In this document: piece after piece, positions 61,401 through 64,000 of the stretch
How the letters are laid out: the number at the start of each line of letters is the position of its first letter
How positions within the stretch are numbered: the first letter of the stretch is position 1
DNA from: a virus
DNA length: 64,000 bases
IMG/VR virus record: IMGVR_UViG_3300020448_000002
Span: 32,001 to 96,000 of that record
Reading direction: 5' to 3' (one strand)
Translations under genes and position numbers: made by a program
The notes under the pieces: generated by a model
The model's database searches: none
The model's input: only the letters and a program-made list of their open reading frames with translations
Told to the model about the DNA's origin: nothing

Positions 61401-62717
61401 ACTGCAACTGTTGGTTCTATAACTTACTCTGGAGATAACGTTTCATCTTCAACTGTTCAAGATGCATTCCCAAGTAGCACTCCAACTTATACTACTTCTC
61501 AAAGAAGAGTAACTATTCAACATTCACATCATGGTATGCATGATACAGATAATAATGTTGTTATTGAAGGTGTTACATCTGAAGTATCACCAACATACTT
61601 GACATCATCTATATCAGATTCTGATACAACCATACAGGTTAATGATGCAACAGCATTCCATACCATTATTAATGGTGCTAATGTTGGTACATTAAATCTT
61701 GGTTATATTAAGATAGAAGATGAGATTATGTCTTATACTGGAATTAGTGGAACTGGTAAAACCATTACTATTAATGAAAGAGGACTAGCTGGAACTTCAG
61801 CAGTAAGTCATGCTGATGAGACAAATGTAGAGTGTTACAACTTAGATGGTATTCCTCTAATTGAAATTAATAAGACTCATACTAATATACAGAGTCCTAC
61901 TTTAGACACTTATGATCTTGCTACTTCTTCTATTGCTAGACTAGGTATTAGATCTGGTGCTACAAATGTTATTGCATCTCAGAACATACAGTATGAGATT
62001 CTTTCACCACAAATCCAGAGAATGACTCTTCCTAAGACTTTAATCACAGCAAGAGTTAATACTATTACTGGAACATCAATCAATGATGGTCAGTCATTAC
62101 CACAAAACTCATTCAGTAATACTGGAGAGTTCTATGATGTAAACCTAGGAGAAGATAATTACTTTGTTTCTCCACAGTTAATATGCTCTGCTCAAAATGA
62201 GTCTGCAGAATTAAGTGGTGCTAAGTCATTTAGAATGGATCTAACATTATTCAGTGAAAATAATAATGTAACTCCTGTTGTTGATACTGACAGAATGTCT
62301 ATTACTACAATCAGTCATAGAATCAACTCTCCTTCAGATCCTAATACTGCTCTGTTACCAGTTGGTGACGGACATAACGGAGTTTATATTACTAAGGTTG
62401 CTGACTTAAGTAATCCATCATCTTCTATTAAATTAATGTTTGCGGGTTATCGCCCATCTAACACTGAAATTAAACCTCTATATAGAGTACTACCTTCGGG
62501 ATCTACTGATTCTATAGAGACTCTAGGATGGGAATTCTTCCCTACTAGTGATGCTAAGATTCCTCAAACTTCTGAAACGTTACAATACTACGATTATGAG
62601 TATGAGGTTACAGGTTTAGATTTCTCACAATATCAAGTTAAACTTGTGTTTGTATCTCCAAACCAAGCATACTCACCAATCGTTAAAGATCTACGAGCTA
62701 TCGCTCTTGCTGTATAA
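55488..62717 (+). CDS. Large virion structural protein (DUF4815/VrlC-like)
   Basis: NLNV.PYYDDF...YRVLFRPG..QARELTQ.QS.LQNQ, RTYEESGDY, RYTMRDIG.LEKRI..EYYTSL, DPLAQSF. Confidence 0.8.
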   Translation: MAQNTNLNVTPYYDDFDKAKNFYRVLFRPGFPIQARELTQSQSILQNQIENMGTHLFKDGSMVIPGQIGYDLNVNAIMIQESFLGADVESYRSQITGKIITGLTSGVKAKVLYSISSTESDKGYITLYIKYIESGGADNNQDTFTNNEQLITDTEITFGTTLIEVGSPFAQLLPTEATQVGSVAYVQEGVYFIRGFFVDVPYQYILLDQYGSNPKYRIGLEILESIITPEDDLSLNDNAAGTSNYAAPGSHRFRITTNLIKKLLTDEADKDFIELLRINGNKIEKLIDRSAYDELEKTMATRTYEESGDYVVSDFQITMRDGLNDGFNNGVYEVGDTTAQGNSAAESMYAVEFGPGTAYVRGYRLKTLSPTYVDIAKPRDTDASQNTIIPFTLGNYSKVSNINGFLNTAGSTISQAYQTVELRDRFTATPGDAVGNVIGYARVASLEFLQDPDNSFGNADDKYNMHLFDVQMFTVLHLASAQTISTGAADQRGSLVVGNSSGARGYLIDNVSAATHLSIYQVEGTFQKGEMVTLDGLNLDTITNVHTYKYSDSRQVCAKDENTSAVEFTADIVLEDLKFIQGATFTYDATGSAEKITGLNSNFAADLRPGDRIYFSETKYVDVDFVDPTNLASSNNSTIFTYSTQIVNVTPPGGSASPTGGTYNTLLRYRAKLWETEKATLLKAMPKTYVKTISDESMVVRRTFDAQTVAANAISITLPENEQFQAITNTAYSFTVMGSTSAAYPAGAQIPIDTVNTGAIGYTTFTSADRTTIQITNLDVTGDSGAITSVKVTASVSKNVTTKKTKSPTNMFVLKVNQTVQNLDKQNYQLTYSGVYGTRIEDVDLSLGITDVFNIHAVYESMDDADPVIPSITLVEPTFFETKSIVTGKTSGARARVVDFNSSTLKLSIVYLSGKFISGETVDGFNSSNIAIQGIINDSVGSIVEGSKVITDRYDLETGQTGFIYGISKLVRKKGVARPIRKVKIVLDYYSHAATGDYFAGQSYLDTAYADVPYYQEKFLPDFLDFRPGVRNLFTGTGSVASPAYVNAATLDFKHRTFPTAGSPSATLFDIPKVASDFRCDFDWYLPRVDKVFLLPTGEFQVVKGKSEQRPSPPDDLQDGMLLATLLHAPYGFDPSSDVVIQKSDNRRYTMRDIGKLEKRIDQVEYYTSLNMLESDTFNVEITDASGKSRLKNGFMVDDFTDHSKSSTTNPDYAAALSYSDGTCQSSHYTTNTSLLINESLSTNYQKTGPLITLPYEEIALITQSYASRVENVNPFNVFAYIGRIDLIPASDDWVDTNRLPVNVIDVEGDFEATSRSMNVDQSGFAPIQWGSWNTTWSGESTGAWSRWKEHTFANFVSGRGRRVMGSRTITSTTNQTRRGIRSRVVPRIDRQSMGDRTVSSTSIPWIRSRNIDVTVARMKPRTTFYSFFDGTKVGDYMVPKVLEVIKDPSTDSRTNSTPFVIGETVRGLTSGARFRVSAPNNFFTWNPYDDTDMPSSYSSTTNFINVDTESLAAQAVGQYFGNIQVGEVLVGDSGARAVVRDRRLMTDRLGQWKGSFFIPPPQVNTNPRWATGSRLLRLTTNADDSRTFGTVASAAQTEYAATGTLNTLQENVLSIRNADIVQDTVTQDRTVQTTRTETRQVGWWDPLAQSFLVDETGGVFITSVDVYFNAKDSNIPISMQIRTMSNGYPTTSILPFSDVTVTPDTIQTSETGAIATKFTFQAPVYIPQSIEHCFVLFSDSNEYQVWISRMGELDITGDRTISEQPYAGVLFKSQNATTWTADQYEDLKFVVYKAVFDTSVASQLTLNNAPLDIGNGGKIVLRTDPVQTYQPELQLVMNAVNSTLPYTVGARVYQKTTLAQGTIKTITDSNAGVLLTINDISGTWQSGSSTGGTIINRLVSSKTLATMAVTSASGDFTVGETITGNSASAPTAEVVSWTDGGGGAGTLTLKYVSTTFTASTEQITGGTSTKTATVGSITYSGDNVSSSTVQDAFPSSTPTYTTSQRRVTIQHSHHGMHDTDNNVVIEGVTSEVSPTYLTSSISDSDTTIQVNDATAFHTIINGANVGTLNLGYIKIEDEIMSYTGISGTGKTITINERGLAGTSAVSHADETNVECYNLDGIPLIEINKTHTNIQSPTLDTYDLATSSIARLGIRSGATNVIASQNIQYEILSPQIQRMTLPKTLITARVNTITGTSINDGQSLPQNSFSNTGEFYDVNLGEDNYFVSPQLICSAQNESAELSGAKSFRMDLTLFSENNNVTPVVDTDRMSITTISHRINSPSDPNTALLPVGDGHNGVYITKVADLSNPSSSIKLMFAGYRPSNTEIKPLYRVLPSGSTDSIETLGWEFFPTSDAKIPQTSETLQYYDYEYEVTGLDFSQYQVKLVFVSPNQAYSPIVKDLRAIALAV

Positions 62718-62938
62718 TGAAAGTTCCAATTAAAGACATTGAAAATTGGTATAAAGATGATGTAACAGGAGCAGTCTCGTGTTCTGATCGTGCTAAGTAT
62801 GAACAATACATGGCTGCATATAGAGCAGATCTGAAGGAAAAAGAAGATTTTAAGGCTTTACAAAATGATGTTTATAGCCTAAAATCAGATATGAGTGAGA
62901 TAAAATCTCTCTTGTTAACGTTAGCAAAAAATTCATGA
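62717..62938 (+). CDS. Small coiled-coil protein
   Basis: ORF track; LKSDMSEIKSLL; coupled. Confidence 0.7.
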   Translation: MKVPIKDIENWYKDDVTGAVSCSDRAKYEQYMAAYRADLKEKEDFKALQNDVYSLKSDMSEIKSLLLTLAKNS

Positions 62939-63177
62939 CAATGGAAAAGATCGGTCAAGATCAAATGCTCTCCCAATTTAAAGAGAGATATAGTGGGTTG
63001 ATCAAAGAAAACCAGGAATTAGCTGGTAAAATTAAACAAAATGAAGTTCAAGCATTGAAACTTCAAGGTGCTATAGAAGCATTGGAGTATTATTCTCCAC
63101 CAGGTGACGACGCAGAATCCCCTCCAGAAATTGCAGAGGATGATGTAACTTCCGAGTCTCCTGAGTTAACTGAATAA
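62935..63177 (+). CDS. Small coiled-coil protein
   Basis: ORF track; KLQGAIEALE. Confidence 0.7.
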   Translation: MTMEKIGQDQMLSQFKERYSGLIKENQELAGKIKQNEVQALKLQGAIEALEYYSPPGDDAESPPEIAEDDVTSESPELTE

Positions 63178-63185
63178 ATCATTTT

Positions 63186-63212
63186 AAAGGGGGACAGGAG
63201 TTCCCCTTTTTT
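63186..63212 (+). terminator. Intrinsic terminator
   Basis: AAAGGGGGAC-agga-GTTCCCCTTTTTT. Confidence 0.75.
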
Positions 63213-63217
63213 AGTGA

Positions 63218-63225
63218 CATAAATA
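63218..63225 (+). promoter_or_regulatory. T4-type late promoter
   Basis: CATAAATA immediately after the terminator. Confidence 0.65.
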
Positions 63226-63264
63226 ACTTGGAAGCATGTTCTCATAGAGTTGTCCTAAAATAAA

Positions 63265-64000
63265 ATGGCAAATAGATTACAATTAAGAAGGGGTGGTGCA
63301 CAGGAATGGGCAAACTCAAACCCTACTCTTGCTCAAGGTGAATTGGGTATTGAGTTAGATACTGGTCGATTTAAGATTGGTGATGGAGTATCAGCATGGA
63401 ATACTTTGCGATACGAAAGACCCGTTGAATCTATATCTAATACTGCAAACACTCTTGTACAAAGGGATGCCGACGGTAACTTTGCTGCAGGTGTTATAAC
63501 TGCAACTCTAATTGGTAACGCTTCTACTGCTGCTAGACTTTCTTCAACTCGACAAATAACTTTATCTGATGACCTGAGTGCCACAGGAACATTTGATGGA
63601 TCACAAAACTTAAACCTTGCTGCAGAACTTTCTTTAGTTGCAACTCTTCCACATTACGATGGAACAGCTTCTTCATCTGGAACTTATAACAAAGTAACTG
63701 TAGACGCAAAAGGTAGAATTACCGCAGCGATAGACTATACTACAAGTAATAATGGAACGCTTGCTGATTACGGTCTAGACGGGACTACAGAGGGTGCTTC
63801 TGCTCAACCTTATGATTTAGACCTAGTTGCTATTGCAGGTCTAACAACCACTGGTATGATCGCTAGAACTTCTGGTGGTGCTATGGCAACCAGAACGATT
63901 ACTGGTACTGCAGGAAAAATACAAATTAATAATGGTGCAGGTGTTAATGGTAATCCTACTATTAATCTTATAACAACTACTGTAACTCCAGGTGATTATA
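63265..64000 (+). CDS. Tail fibre protein, N-terminal part (runs off window)
   Basis: Read manually: MANRLQLRRG...W...NPTLAQGELG.E.DTGRFKIGDG..W..L.Y (Mtd-N-like), LVQRDADGNF, VTVDAKGRI. Confidence 0.8.
   Translation, partial: MANRLQLRRGGAQEWANSNPTLAQGELGIELDTGRFKIGDGVSAWNTLRYERPVESISNTANTLVQRDADGNFAAGVITATLIGNASTAARLSSTRQITLSDDLSATGTFDGSQNLNLAAELSLVATLPHYDGTASSSGTYNKVTVDAKGRITAAIDYTTSNNGTLADYGLDGTTEGASAQPYDLDLVAIAGLTTTGMIARTSGGAMATRTITGTAGKIQINNGAGVNGNPTINLITTTVTPGDY

Noticed and set aside
1501-63584. Minus-strand and out-of-frame short ORFs in the supplied track
   Set aside because: They lie over well-supported + strand genes and show no recognisable motifs; treated as shadows.
1-64000. 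GCTGG depletion as a Chi (GCTGGTGG) effect
   Set aside because: That Chi sequence is enterobacterial and protective rather than harmful, and the depletion affects the pentamer regardless of the following bases.

Overview
AT-rich segment of a T4-like cyanomyovirus genome (probably Prochlorococcus/Synechococcus-infecting; inferred from gene content and order). All credible genes are on the + strand. 1-6.2 kb is a coupled array of 2OG-Fe(II) oxygenases and small ORFs. 6.2-12.3 kb is a DNA-transaction island: a PD-(D/E)xK nuclease-like gene overlapping an SPPY DNA methyltransferase, a ParB/DGQHR-like protein, a second methyltransferase and an SF2 helicase. 12.3-19.2 kb is an early region of about 30 tiny ORFs in cassettes, each headed by a repeated palindrome plus -10 promoter element, and it ends in a structured non-coding stretch. 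19.2-22 kb holds small genes including AbrB-like and SET-domain proteins. 22-64 kb is the baseplate/tail module: gp25, gp6, an 8033-aa gp7-like giant, a gp9/10-N fibre with a cupredoxin-like tip, a YHYH protein, gp8, a 2409-aa DUF4815/VrlC-like protein and the start of a tail fibre. Main unexplained signals: (1) 19 copies of one ~100-aa domain in the giant protein are recursively inserted into each other, giving a balanced, branched tree up to 7 levels deep; (2) GCTGG/CCAGC is strongly avoided on both strands through synonymous codon choice; (3) a compact phage-borne nuclease-methyltransferase pair; (4) the palindromic early-promoter cassettes. All family calls are motif recognition by eye, not database searches.
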